DNA from: Acidobacteriota bacterium
GTDB lineage: Bacteria; Acidobacteriota; UBA6911; RPQK01; JAJDTT01
Direction of reading: 5' to 3'
Length of the DNA: 64,000 nucleotides
NCBI GenBank assembly: GCA_965217775.1
Contig: CBDCJH010000002.1
Coordinates: forward strand, 1,632,001-1,696,000
This document shows, piece after piece, positions 29,719 to 39,846 of this stretch; the first letter of the stretch is position 1, and each line of letters begins with the position of its first letter. The notes beneath the pieces were generated by a model. It had not been told where the DNA came from. It did not search any database and saw nothing but the letters and a program-made list of their open reading frames with translations. The position numbers and the translations under genes are program-made.

Positions 29719-30533
29719 TCATAGAATTACCCCAATAGCTGGAAGACCTCCGACACGCGGAAGTCGTTCAGCAAGTTCGCGACGATCCCCGATCCGTCTG
29801 CGGAACGGTGCTCGGTGTCTCCTTCGATGTCGCACGAAGTGAGGCTGTGGGTGGAGGACAGGCAAACTTCGATGAACCTTGGCGTGATCTCACCCCGGAT
29901 GACCGCGTCCTCCTCTACGCCTATTGCATCCAGAAGGGGCATTTGGAGGAACTTTCGGCGGCGTTCCGCAGGCTGTTCGCCAATAAACCCGTGGACGCGT
30001 CCATCGTTGTGGACTTGGGGTGCGGCCCGTGTACGGGTGGTCTCGCCATCGCCAACGAGCTAGGAGATCAGCCCCGTTTCGACTACATCGGCGTGGACCG
30101 ATCAATCGCGATGCGCAAGCTCGGCGAACGACTGGCAGCCGCTACGACCCAGATGGACAACGTTCGATGCCAGTGGGCAGGAGACATCGCCTCTGTATGC
30201 TGGCAACCGGCGCCCGGATGGCGACCCGTAATCGTCATTGTCTCCTACCTTCTCGCGAGTCCGACTCTGGACGTGACGATTCTCGTAGAGCAACTCGACT
30301 GCCTGCTGGCGAGGTTTGGCCGCGGTCCCGTGACGGTTCTGTACACAAACTCAGTGCAGACTGACGCCAATCGTAACTTTCCAATATTCAATGAAGAGCT
30401 GCATCGAATTGGCTTGATGTCGTCTGTTGACGACACCGGAACGATCAAGATCGAGAGATCGAGTGGCGTAACGGATCGCGCGCTCCGATATGCGCTGTTC
30501 CATCGCCCGTCGCGACGCACTCTTGCGCTCTGA
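29715..30533 (+). CDS. Class I SAM-methyltransferase-like protein; TAG at codon 8 from ATG 29715, alternative start GTG 29808
   Basis: VVDLGCGPCTG (motif I), YIGVDRS (motif II), SYLLAS. Confidence 0.7.
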
Positions 30534-30541
30534 GATTAGAC

Positions 30542-31648
30542 GTGCGGCTGCCCACGTACGAGGAACTTGCCCGTGTGGCGGAACAACTTGAAGTCTTGGA
30601 GCATCCACTCGACAAATCACTTTTCGTCGCCGGGCCACCGGGATCGGGCAAAACGGTGCTGGCGGTGCAGCGTGCAGATATGGCGTCGGAGTGGACAGAA
30701 GATGAGTCCGTTTTGATCGTCACCTACAACCGAATGCTTCGACGACTGCTGTATTTGCTGAACGAAGGGGCGGTGGATACACGGACCATGCACAGCTTCG
30801 TTTGGGCGGACTATCAAAGGCGGACTGGAATGCCTGTGCCAACAGAGCCAAATGACTCCTATGCCTACATGTGGACTGAGATGCTTGCTCGCCTTCGGCA
30901 AGCTTGGGTCGTTCCAGACAGTTCACATTTGGTGGTGGACGAGGGGCAAGACCTGCCGAAAGGATTCTTCGCATACGTCTCACACCACGTCGCCCGGGCA
31001 CTCACTGTCTTCGCAGATGACGATCAGGCGCTGAGCCGACAACGTACGACTCTTGAACAGATCAAGCGAGCAGCAAACCTGGACGATCCAATCATCCTCA
31101 AGCGAAATCACCGGAACACGCCGGAGGTGGCCGCTGTGGCGGAGCACTTCCACAGCGGGCGTCTGCCTACCGCAGAAGTCACTCGCGAGTCTAACGGCGA
31201 GTTACCGCGCCTGATCCGATCAAGAAACATCGACTACACGGCCGCTCTCGTGTCGAATTGGCGACAAACGAGAGGTGGTGCCATTGGCGTAGTCGTCTAC
31301 AGCAATCAGCAAACAGGCGTAGAATTGCACCGAAAGCTCAAGGAACGGCTGCCGGAATCGCGGGTCGACATCTACCAGCATGACGAAAAAAACGAGGATT
31401 CGACGAACGTCTTGACGGACGGCGTAACGGTGTTGAATAAGAAGTCGGTCAAAGGCCAAGAGTTCGACGCGTTGTTCATTCTCGAACTCCGACGCTTCAT
31501 TCCGTGCACGAACGACGCGGAACGCAGGGCGATGTACATGATGTGCTCTCGCGCTCGCGACAACCTGTTTCTCGTGTACGGGCCCGAAAACCTCTCAGCC
31601 CGAGCTTGGCAAGCGCTACCCGGCCCGGAGATCTTGGAACGACAATGA
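30542..31648 (+). CDS. Compact superfamily 1 (UvrD/Rep-like) helicase/ATPase
   Basis: Walker A GPPGSGKT, VTYN, TMHS, VVDEGQD, DDDQ, LKRNHRNT, SVKGQEFD, YMMCSRAR. Confidence 0.9.
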   Translation: MRLPTYEELARVAEQLEVLEHPLDKSLFVAGPPGSGKTVLAVQRADMASEWTEDESVLIVTYNRMLRRLLYLLNEGAVDTRTMHSFVWADYQRRTGMPVPTEPNDSYAYMWTEMLARLRQAWVVPDSSHLVVDEGQDLPKGFFAYVSHHVARALTVFADDDQALSRQRTTLEQIKRAANLDDPIILKRNHRNTPEVAAVAEHFHSGRLPTAEVTRESNGELPRLIRSRNIDYTAALVSNWRQTRGGAIGVVVYSNQQTGVELHRKLKERLPESRVDIYQHDEKNEDSTNVLTDGVTVLNKKSVKGQEFDALFILELRRFIPCTNDAERRAMYMMCSRARDNLFLVYGPENLSARAWQALPGPEILERQ

Positions 31649-33861
31649 CGAACACCGGTGGCCAGCAGGCTTTGTTTTCGGGTAAGTCCGGCAGGGGAGA
31701 TGTTTCTCGGAGCGACCCTGGTCCAGCAGAGGGTTGTTGGCTGGGGCTGAACACGAACCAACGTCGATTGTTCTCCGCCCTTCAAGACGGTTGGCTCCGC
31801 CCGCTGCCGCCGAATGCCGGCATGCTGCTTGGCGCCGGAACCTTTGTCCCGGAACAATGTGATGGTGGGAAGCAGCCTATCTCGGTTCGTGTGAAGTTCG
31901 ACGTACGGAAGCTGCCGAGACTGGATGCTCTCGCCTTCGGGGACAAACGGTGGGTGCGTTGGGACCCAAATGAAGTCGAACTGACCGATTTCAGCGCGTT
32001 GTACTGGCCCGGCACACTCCCAATGTTCGCTGTTTCCGCGTTAGAAGTAGCAACGGATGAGGAACAGGCACGACTTACGGGAATGGCTCGACAGTTCTCC
32101 AATGTGGAGATTCCCGTCCCAGTCACAGTGGGCACTGCGGCGCCTGCCGATCTGTCCTTCTCCATGCCTCCGCCCGAAGCAGGAATGGAACTTGCCGTCC
32201 CCAATGATTCGGACGCAATCCGCGGGTCGATGAGCATGGCAATATGGGCAGTGCCGCGCATCGATCCATGGTTGGAGGTTCTTGTGGCAAGTCTGTCTTC
32301 CGATAAGGCGCGGCTGGCGAAGTCAGCAACCAAGGTGGAAGCTGGTTGGTGGCGGGTTCCACCGTGGGTCACGCCGTCCGCCGATAGGCCAGTCGGAAAT
32401 CTGCAAGATGGTCTTTGGCGCGCTGCGGTCGAGGTCTTCCGGGAACGTTCGGACAAGGACAGTGCTCGTCCGGAAGAACTTGCCGAGAAAATCGCCGCCG
32501 TCGCCCGTTCCCACTACGGAAGTTCCGAAGTCGATGTCGCCAAGTGGCAGGGCCAGACGAAGGGAATCCTACGCGCAGAGACCACGATCCAACTCGATGA
32601 TTGGCGCGACTGTCCTGTAGGCATGACAATCCAACTTGTGTTGACCCGTCCCGAACCGACCAATTTCAAGACGTGGATCCAGGACATGCCCAATCTTCCG
32701 CCGAAGGTGTGGTGGTCTGCTGCCGCCCTTTGCGGCCTCAAACACGGCTACAAGAAGCTGGCCATCGGCTTTCGCGGTCAAGCCGCACTCCAAGAAGCGC
32801 TCTCGGTGCATGCTTTGCGTTTGAGTAACACCGCCCTTCGGAAACTTCACTGGCCTAATCTATCTGGTGACCCGAGTTGGTGCAGGGAGGCGAGCGGGTT
32901 CACGATATCTTGGGGCGACAGGAAGATCGACCAGAAACCGAATGGATCGCGCGGCCAGTGGTACGCGGCTGACTTCGGGAACGAGGACGTAAGACTTCAG
33001 GCCAAAACCGTCGCGAAACACATGAAGTGGCCATGTCTTCACATAGACCTCAAGCTCCCGTCCGGTCGTCTGCACAATTCCGGTCCGGGTACCATGTCTG
33101 TGCAGGGTCGGGAACTCGACATTCTTGGAGACGTGGAGCTACGGCTACCGTCGGGCTTCATCATTGAAGAAACGCTTGATGTTAAGGACTTCCGTCATCA
33201 TCTCGTCGTGGCCGCTGGACGACTTCCACAACCGCCGACGGCACCCGTAGCCGACACAGTTGTCCAACGGGCAAGAATCCCCGGTCTGACCTATGTGCCG
33301 GATTTTCTCAGCGAAGCTGAGGAAAGGAAAATCGTCGCAGAAATCGATCAAAACGACTGGATCGATGATCTCAAGCGGCGTGTGCAACACTACGGTTGGC
33401 GGTACGACTACAAGGCTCGGAAAGTCAACGTGACCATGCGTCTCGGTCAAATGCCCGGTTGGGCGCAAACGATAGCTCAACGCCTCGTTCAACGAGACCT
33501 CGTGCGCGAACTTCCAGATCAGGTGATCGTCAACGAGTACATTCGCGATCAGGGGATCAGCAAGCATGTAGACGCCAAATCGAGCTTCGCCGACGGCATC
33601 GCAATGATTAGCTTGTTGGAATCGTGGGAAATGGTGTTTCGTAATCAAGGCGGGCGTGGCAAGCGGAAGGAGACTCTCAGGTTGGAGCAACGTAGTGCGA
33701 CGATCATGGCGAAAGAAGCCCGGTATCAGTGGAGCCACGAAATACCGAAGCGAAAGACCGAACCGGCTGTCTCTTCACCCGGCAACGAGAAGAAGAGGCG
33801 AAGGGTAAAGAGAGTACGGCGTTTGTCGCTCACATTCCGCAAGGTGCTTAGCGAGCGTTGA
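31645..33861 (+). CDS. Large protein: unknown N-terminal region (about 545 aa) plus C-terminal AlkB-like 2OG-Fe(II) dioxygenase
   Basis: YVPDFLSEAEE, RRVQHYGWRYDY, PDQVIVNEY...GISKHVD (HxD), QWSHEI (H), RRLSLTFRKV; ATGA overlap with the helicase gene. Confidence 0.85.
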   Translation: MTNTGGQQALFSGKSGRGDVSRSDPGPAEGCWLGLNTNQRRLFSALQDGWLRPLPPNAGMLLGAGTFVPEQCDGGKQPISVRVKFDVRKLPRLDALAFGDKRWVRWDPNEVELTDFSALYWPGTLPMFAVSALEVATDEEQARLTGMARQFSNVEIPVPVTVGTAAPADLSFSMPPPEAGMELAVPNDSDAIRGSMSMAIWAVPRIDPWLEVLVASLSSDKARLAKSATKVEAGWWRVPPWVTPSADRPVGNLQDGLWRAAVEVFRERSDKDSARPEELAEKIAAVARSHYGSSEVDVAKWQGQTKGILRAETTIQLDDWRDCPVGMTIQLVLTRPEPTNFKTWIQDMPNLPPKVWWSAAALCGLKHGYKKLAIGFRGQAALQEALSVHALRLSNTALRKLHWPNLSGDPSWCREASGFTISWGDRKIDQKPNGSRGQWYAADFGNEDVRLQAKTVAKHMKWPCLHIDLKLPSGRLHNSGPGTMSVQGRELDILGDVELRLPSGFIIEETLDVKDFRHHLVVAAGRLPQPPTAPVADTVVQRARIPGLTYVPDFLSEAEERKIVAEIDQNDWIDDLKRRVQHYGWRYDYKARKVNVTMRLGQMPGWAQTIAQRLVQRDLVRELPDQVIVNEYIRDQGISKHVDAKSSFADGIAMISLLESWEMVFRNQGGRGKRKETLRLEQRSATIMAKEARYQWSHEIPKRKTEPAVSSPGNEKKRRRVKRVRRLSLTFRKVLSER

Positions 33862-33941
33862 CCGTCCGCGAAAAATCTTGTTTCGCGTGTTCAACCGAAA
33901 TTCCCGCTTCAGAATCAAGACAACTCCCAGACTGTTGTTGG

Positions 33942-35510
33942 TTACTCGAACCAGAAGGAGAACAGCTCCGCCTTCTCCAAGTGGAATTCCAGCCGGATCG
34001 CCTGGTCTTTGAGGGAGGCGGGATCGGCGGAACCCTCCCAGGCCACCTTGTGATTCGTGGAGTCGCCGCTGAACGACCGGCATCGCTCGCGGCTCCACTC
34101 GTCGAACCGCAGGCCGTCATGCTCTCCGTCGCCCCGGCGGACCGCCACTCGGACAGAGCCCCCCTTCTCCGTCCTGGCGTTGATGCGCAACCGGCCGCCC
34201 GGATGCCGGATGGGCCGCGTCAACATGCTCCCCTGATCGGCAGCCTCCAACGAAACGAATCCGTCGCGGCGCAGGGACGCCAGGCAGATGTGGCCGTCGC
34301 CGGCCCGGACGTCGCGGGAAATGTGCAGGCTCTCATGTCCCGTGTAGTAGAGGTCGACCCGGTCCTCGTGTTCGATGAGGCCCTTGGCGACGTAGACTCG
34401 TCCCCAATCGTAGGAGCCGTCAGGCCCCGTCTCCAGGAAGATGGGACGCTCCGGGTGGCGTTCCCAGTTCCGGCCGTCCCGGCTCCAGGCAAGTTGGACG
34501 TCGATCTTCAGCTTCTTCTCGACCTCTCCCTCCCGCTGAAAGGGGGGACGCAGGTAGAACATATGGAGAAACCCGAGGTAGACCCCCTCATACCGCATGA
34601 CCGGCATGCAATAGAGGGAGTAGGGGTCCAGCTCATCGGGGACCACCACGTGCTCGGGCTGGCTCCAGGTGAGTAGATCTGAGCTTTCGGAATAGGCGAT
34701 GCGCCGGATCTCGCCGGCGTTGATGGGCGGTCTCCGGTAATACATGACGACGCCGCGCTCGGGGTTGTAGGTCAGGTTGTTGGCAGTGTCGCTCTGGCCC
34801 CGGAAGATGGGGTTCTCCTTCTGGTCGGTCCAGTGGAAGCCATCGTCACTGAAGGCCACCCGGAGCTCCTGACCGCCGGCGATCAGTTCGGGATGGGGAT
34901 CGCGCCCGGCGGGACCCTGGTTGTAGATCATCAGAAAATGGCCCTGATCCCGCCATTTGGGAGGGGTTCGGATCACGCCGACGCTGTCGAAGCTGATCTT
35001 GTCGGCCCCTTTGAAGACGTTGTTGGCCTTGCTGCCGTCGACCTCCACCAGTCCGAGCTTGGGGGCGGTCCAACGAAGGCCGTCCCTGGACTCGTAATAA
35101 CGCGCGCGGCTCAACCAATAGAAGCCGGGCGGAGTGGGGATCTCGACCAACACGCTGCTGGAATCCCACAAACGGTAGAGACCGCTGTCCGGGTCTCGGA
35201 GAACGCTCACGTAGGTGACCGTCGTGTCCGGATTGAGGTCCTTCGTTCCGGTCGAGAAGAGCGGGTTCGAGGGGTGTTTTTCCGGCTGATGAACCTTCCG
35301 GCGAAGGGCCCGCACATCCTCGACCACGTGGTTGTCCATCAGGAGCTGGCGTTCGTGGCCGATCTCCAGCGGCTCGGTGGGGAGAATGGAGTAGGAGCCC
35401 TGAATGGTCCACTGGTGCTCGTGCTGCGACGCGGACAGGTTCAGGAAACAAGTCAGAAGGATCGCCGCGACCGTCCCTGGCCGGTTATATGTCACACAGT
35501 TCATTCGCAA
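33942..35510 (-). CDS. Secreted GH32/GH43-like five-bladed beta-propeller protein
   Basis: Signal; ERQLLMDN, YESRDGLRW, SDDGFHW, VQLAWSRDGRNW, LRRDGFVSL, LRINA. Confidence 0.8.
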   Translation of the reverse strand: MRMNCVTYNRPGTVAAILLTCFLNLSASQHEHQWTIQGSYSILPTEPLEIGHERQLLMDNHVVEDVRALRRKVHQPEKHPSNPLFSTGTKDLNPDTTVTYVSVLRDPDSGLYRLWDSSSVLVEIPTPPGFYWLSRARYYESRDGLRWTAPKLGLVEVDGSKANNVFKGADKISFDSVGVIRTPPKWRDQGHFLMIYNQGPAGRDPHPELIAGGQELRVAFSDDGFHWTDQKENPIFRGQSDTANNLTYNPERGVVMYYRRPPINAGEIRRIAYSESSDLLTWSQPEHVVVPDELDPYSLYCMPVMRYEGVYLGFLHMFYLRPPFQREGEVEKKLKIDVQLAWSRDGRNWERHPERPIFLETGPDGSYDWGRVYVAKGLIEHEDRVDLYYTGHESLHISRDVRAGDGHICLASLRRDGFVSLEAADQGSMLTRPIRHPGGRLRINARTEKGGSVRVAVRRGDGEHDGLRFDEWSRERCRSFSGDSTNHKVAWEGSADPASLKDQAIRLEFHLEKAELFSFWFE

Positions 35511-35523
35511 TTGATACCTCCCC

Positions 35524-36732
35524 TCAGAGGAACTTACCCTGCATCGACGTGGCCACGGACCGTACCAGACGGTCTCCCGTGGTGAAGAAGATGTCCTGGA
35601 TCTGTTTGCGCGTCAGTCCCAGCCGAATCGCCGCCCGCCGCATGGCCCGCAACTGCTCGTAGAGGTAGAAGGTCAGCTCGCCCCCCAGTTGATTGGTGGT
35701 GGGAGTCAGGTCTCCCCAGCGGGAGCCGTAGAACACGATCTTCCCTCGGGAGAAGGCCACGTCGCCCGAGTCGGCCCCGTACAGGATCCGGTCCGTGTCC
35801 ACCTGCGAGAAGAGCACGTCGAAGGATTCCATGGAACAGACGGCGGAAACTTCGTACCAGACGTTGGGAAGCCCGCGGAAAGCGGGGGCGGCTTTTTCGA
35901 TGGGATACGGAGAGAAGCTGCGCGCTCCGTGAGCCAGAATCCACTGGGCCCGGGGATAACGGTTGGCCAAACGGAGCATGTCGCTCACGTTTCTCGGGTC
36001 CGCGAAAGATTTCTTCATGCCCACGTGGAGCATGATGAGCAGTCCGTAGCGGTCGGCCACGGCAATCTGGTGCTCGGGGAGGAAATCGGTGATCCGGCAT
36101 CCAAATTCCCGGGTTGGGCAATACCTGGCATAGGGTTTCAGGCCCAGGAGACGGTGCTTCAGGATCGTTTCTTCCACCTCATGCGCCGAGATGGACGGCT
36201 CCACCAGCATCAGGGCGGCGGACCCCGGCTCCTTCCGGATCTCTCTGCCGGCGAATTGGTTCGATTTCCGGAAATCACACCGGTAGAAGGGGAAGGGAAA
36301 CGCCAGCCGCGTGATCTGACGGCCCGGCATCAGGACGCTTTCGACTTGGCGCACCGTGTCGATATCGCAGTCGGTCCAGACGGTTTCTGTCTTGAAGTCC
36401 TCTTTTCGGGCAAGCGCCGTCCGGTAGTTCAGGTCGAAGTCGGCCTGGTAGATATGGCAATGAGCGTCGAAGATCCGGGTGGGAACAAATTCGGAAAGTT
36501 CCTCTTCCCAGATCTGCCGGTCCAGAGGCTCCATCTTCCGAGGAATGCTTTCTCCTTCCCGTGTCCGGATGGATGGTTTTCGGACCGACGATTCGTCTTG
36601 GGGACGGGCGGAAGCCGTCCGCTGCAACCGGGTGGCCGCCAGGGCGCCGGCGCCCGCCGAAAGGAATCGCCTCCGGCCGACGCTCCGGCTTTCCGGCTCG
36701 GGTTCGGGTTTGGCGCCGCGCCTGCTGCGCAT
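35524..36732 (-). CDS. Amidohydrolase-family protein, Tat signal
   Basis: GRRRFLS; IFDAHCH, GLKPY, IMLH, ILAHGAR, ILYGAD. Confidence 0.85.
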   Translation of the reverse strand: MRSRRGAKPEPEPESRSVGRRRFLSAGAGALAATRLQRTASARPQDESSVRKPSIRTREGESIPRKMEPLDRQIWEEELSEFVPTRIFDAHCHIYQADFDLNYRTALARKEDFKTETVWTDCDIDTVRQVESVLMPGRQITRLAFPFPFYRCDFRKSNQFAGREIRKEPGSAALMLVEPSISAHEVEETILKHRLLGLKPYARYCPTREFGCRITDFLPEHQIAVADRYGLLIMLHVGMKKSFADPRNVSDMLRLANRYPRAQWILAHGARSFSPYPIEKAAPAFRGLPNVWYEVSAVCSMESFDVLFSQVDTDRILYGADSGDVAFSRGKIVFYGSRWGDLTPTTNQLGGELTFYLYEQLRAMRRAAIRLGLTRKQIQDIFFTTGDRLVRSVATSMQGKFL

Positions 36733-36737
36733 CTGCT

Positions 36738-37844
36738 TCACCCAGCCCCCCACGGCTCTCGCCTGACCTCGGCGGCGGCTCCTTGCGGATCGGATTCAGG
36801 ATTCTGCGGCACTGCCAGCAGGCCACGGTCCCGCAGTTCCCTGAAGATGGCCTCTCCCAACAGACGGTATCCCTCGGGGTTGGGATGCCGGGGATCGCCG
36901 TAAAGGTCCGATTTCCCGGCATAGATCCCGGTCAGATCGGCACAGTAGGGAATCTGCGCGCAGCGGACCTGGGCCGCCTCGTAGTAGCGGGTCAGCGCCT
37001 CGTGGTACGGCGTTTCGCCGGGACGGAGCCGCTGCTGCCGCTCCTCCCACATTTCTTTCTCGCGAGGGGACGGGTCGTAGCTCCCGAATCCCATGATGGG
37101 CTGCAGCACTGCCAGGTACCGGATGCCGAACTCCTCTGAGACGGCGTTCATGATGCGCACGTTCTTCTCCCAAACCTCCTCGGCCTTCATTTCGTCCGGA
37201 TGACCCCAGTGCGGCTTCTGCAGGATGCCTTCGCCGAACCTCAGGAGCCGGGCCAGATTGGGCAGAAACAGGCTCTGGGCGGAGGTGCCGACCACGTAGT
37301 CCATGATCGCCTGCTGGGGATGGTTCACCATGGGAGTGGAGGCAGAGATGGACTTGACCAGTCCCAGGTCGTTGACGCCGTCCACCGAGATCACCACCTG
37401 GGGCTTCAGGGCCAAGGCGTCCCGGATCAGCTTGATCACCTCCTGGTTGGTGGAGTAGCTGCCCACGCCCCCGTTGTAGATGCGTGCCGGGATCCCTTCA
37501 CTCGCCAGCATCTCCGAGAGCGTGCCGGACCAGTGTCCCTGATTGAAGGGATCGGTGGTGGAGCCTCCCAGGGCCACGATGCGGAGCGCGCCTTCGTTCT
37601 CTTCGTCTCCAAAGACTTGGAAGGCCGGCTCGAGAGCGTAGCCCAAGTGGGGGTCCACGGACAGCGGTCCCCGGGAGGTCCCGACGAAACCCTTGGCCAA
37701 TCGCCGGTGAAACTCGCCGCCGCGAGACACCAGGAAACCCGAGGCCGGACCGGAGCCCAACGAAAGCAGCAGCCACGCCGCACCCTCCACGAGAAATAGG
37801 AGAACCAGCGCGAACCCTAGTCCGGTACCCAGCTTGCGAATCAT
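36738..37844 (-). CDS. Membrane-anchored SGNH/GDSL hydrolase
   Basis: LGGSTT (block I), NGGVGSYST, DGVND, DPRHPN (DxxH). Confidence 0.88.
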   Translation of the reverse strand: MIRKLGTGLGFALVLLFLVEGAAWLLLSLGSGPASGFLVSRGGEFHRRLAKGFVGTSRGPLSVDPHLGYALEPAFQVFGDEENEGALRIVALGGSTTDPFNQGHWSGTLSEMLASEGIPARIYNGGVGSYSTNQEVIKLIRDALALKPQVVISVDGVNDLGLVKSISASTPMVNHPQQAIMDYVVGTSAQSLFLPNLARLLRFGEGILQKPHWGHPDEMKAEEVWEKNVRIMNAVSEEFGIRYLAVLQPIMGFGSYDPSPREKEMWEERQQRLRPGETPYHEALTRYYEAAQVRCAQIPYCADLTGIYAGKSDLYGDPRHPNPEGYRLLGEAIFRELRDRGLLAVPQNPESDPQGAAAEVRREPWGAG

Positions 37845-37956
37845 GTGAACGGCCTCCGGCTGTCGGCCCATTTTGGTGGAAAATCGGAATCTATCATAGG
37901 ATGGACCCGGTCGCAGGATGACCCTGCTGCTGACCGGCCGGAAAGGAAGCGAATCA

Positions 37957-39846
37957 ATGCATACGCCCGGAAAGGAACCAACCATTCGGCTCACGGCCGC
38001 ACAGGCCATCGTCAAATATCTGCAGAGGCAGTACAGCGAGCGGGATGGCTTCCGGCAACGGTTGGTGCCGGCCATGTTCGGCATCTTCGGTCACGGCAAC
38101 GTCACCGGAATGGGTCAGGCCCTGGAAGAATACGGTTCGGAGCTGCCCTATTATCAGCCCTGCAACGAACAGTCCATGGTGCATACCGCGGCCGGTTTCG
38201 CCCGGGCCAAACGCCGTCTGGCCACACTGGCCTGCACCACCTCAATCGGACCCGGCGCCACCAACATGATCACGGGCGCCGCCGCGGCCACCATCAACCG
38301 GTTGCCCGTGCTCCTCTTTCCCTCGGACATCTATGCCAATCGGAAGCAGGGACCGGTGCTCCAGCAACTGGAGCACCCGTCCGCCGGCGACGTGAGCGTG
38401 AACGACTGCTTTCGGCCCGTCAGCCGCTTTTTCGACCGCATCACCCGGCCGGAGCAGATCCTCACGGCCCTTCCGGAAGCCATGCGGGTATTGACCGACC
38501 CGGCGGAAACGGGGTCGGTTACCCTCTGTCTCTGCCAGGACGTTCAGCCGGAGGCCTTCGATTTTCCCGTCCATTTCTTCGAGGAGAGAGAGTGGCGGAT
38601 CGAGCGGCGCCTGCCCGACCCCAAGCGGATTCGGGAGGCAGTGGAGTTGCTGAGGGGGGCTCGAAGGCCCCTGATCATCGCCGGCGGTGGCGTCATCTAT
38701 TCCGAGGCCTCACGCCAGCTGGAGCACTTCTCCCGCCTCTGCGGTGTTCCCGTGGTGGAGACGCACGCCGGCAAGGGAGCCCATGGTCAGCCTTCGGACC
38801 TTCTGGCGGGAGGTTTGGGCACCACCGGGAACCCGGCGGCGACGCGGTTGGCCGCCACCGCCGACCTGATTCTGTGCGTCGGGACTCGCCTGTCCGATTT
38901 CGACACCGGTTCCCAATCGGGCTTTCAGCACCCGGACGTTCACTTCATCAACATCAACGTCTGTGGCCGCGACGCCTACAAGCAGGGAGCATTGCCCCTC
39001 CTGGCCGATGCGCGCGAGGCGCTGCAGGCGCTGACCGATGCCGCGCAGGAGGCCGGGATCGAGACCGAGCCGTCCTATCGGCGAGAGGTCGTCGAGGTCT
39101 GCCGGGACTGGGATGACGTCTGCCGGCGGGAGGTCAACGAGCAGGACTCCGAGGTGATGCTCCAGACGCAGTTGGTCCGAACTCTGCAGGAGGAGTCCCA
39201 GCCCGGAGATACGGTCATCGCCGCCGCCGGCAGCCCGCCCGGCGACATCCTCAAATTCTGGGACGCCACCGGGGCACGCCACTGTCACCTGGAATTCGGC
39301 TACTCCTGCATGGGCTACGAGCTGCCGGCCGGACTCGGCGTCCGGATGGCCCATTCCCAGGGTGAGGTCGTCGTCTTCATCGGCGACGGCACCTACCTGA
39401 TGAACCCCACCGAGCTGGTCACGGCGGTCCAGGAAGGCCTGAAGCTGACGGTTGTCATCAGCGAGAACCGGGGCTTTCAGTGCATCCGCGGGTTGCAGGA
39501 GCTACGGTCCGGGCAGGCCTTCGGCAATGAGTTTCGCCGGCGTAATTCCGAAACAGGACGGCTCGACGGGGACTACTTGAAGATCGACTACGCCGGGAAC
39601 GCGGCGTCCATGGGAGCCAGGACCTTCAATGTGGCGACGAAGGAGGAGCTGCGTCGAGCCCTTCGCCAAGCCCGGCAGGAAAGCCGGACCTGTGTGATCG
39701 TGGTCCGGACCGCCCGGGACGCGACCTCGCCCCCTTCAGAGCTCTTCTGGGACTTTATGGTGGCTGAGGTCAGCAACGACCCGTTGACGGTGGAACTGCG
39801 CCAGCGATATGACGAAGAACGTCGACTCCAGCGGTTCCACTACTGA
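37957..39846 (+). CDS. iolD: 3D-(3,5/4)-trihydroxycyclohexane-1,2-dione acylhydrolase (TPP-dependent)
   Basis: IRLTAAQA, GIFGHGNV, NEQSMVH, TSIGPGATN, PVLQQLEHP, HLEFGYSCMGYE, GDGTYLM. Confidence 0.95.
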   Translation: MHTPGKEPTIRLTAAQAIVKYLQRQYSERDGFRQRLVPAMFGIFGHGNVTGMGQALEEYGSELPYYQPCNEQSMVHTAAGFARAKRRLATLACTTSIGPGATNMITGAAAATINRLPVLLFPSDIYANRKQGPVLQQLEHPSAGDVSVNDCFRPVSRFFDRITRPEQILTALPEAMRVLTDPAETGSVTLCLCQDVQPEAFDFPVHFFEEREWRIERRLPDPKRIREAVELLRGARRPLIIAGGGVIYSEASRQLEHFSRLCGVPVVETHAGKGAHGQPSDLLAGGLGTTGNPAATRLAATADLILCVGTRLSDFDTGSQSGFQHPDVHFININVCGRDAYKQGALPLLADAREALQALTDAAQEAGIETEPSYRREVVEVCRDWDDVCRREVNEQDSEVMLQTQLVRTLQEESQPGDTVIAAAGSPPGDILKFWDATGARHCHLEFGYSCMGYELPAGLGVRMAHSQGEVVVFIGDGTYLMNPTELVTAVQEGLKLTVVISENRGFQCIRGLQELRSGQAFGNEFRRRNSETGRLDGDYLKIDYAGNAASMGARTFNVATKEELRRALRQARQESRTCVIVVRTARDATSPPSELFWDFMVAEVSNDPLTVELRQRYDEERRLQRFHY

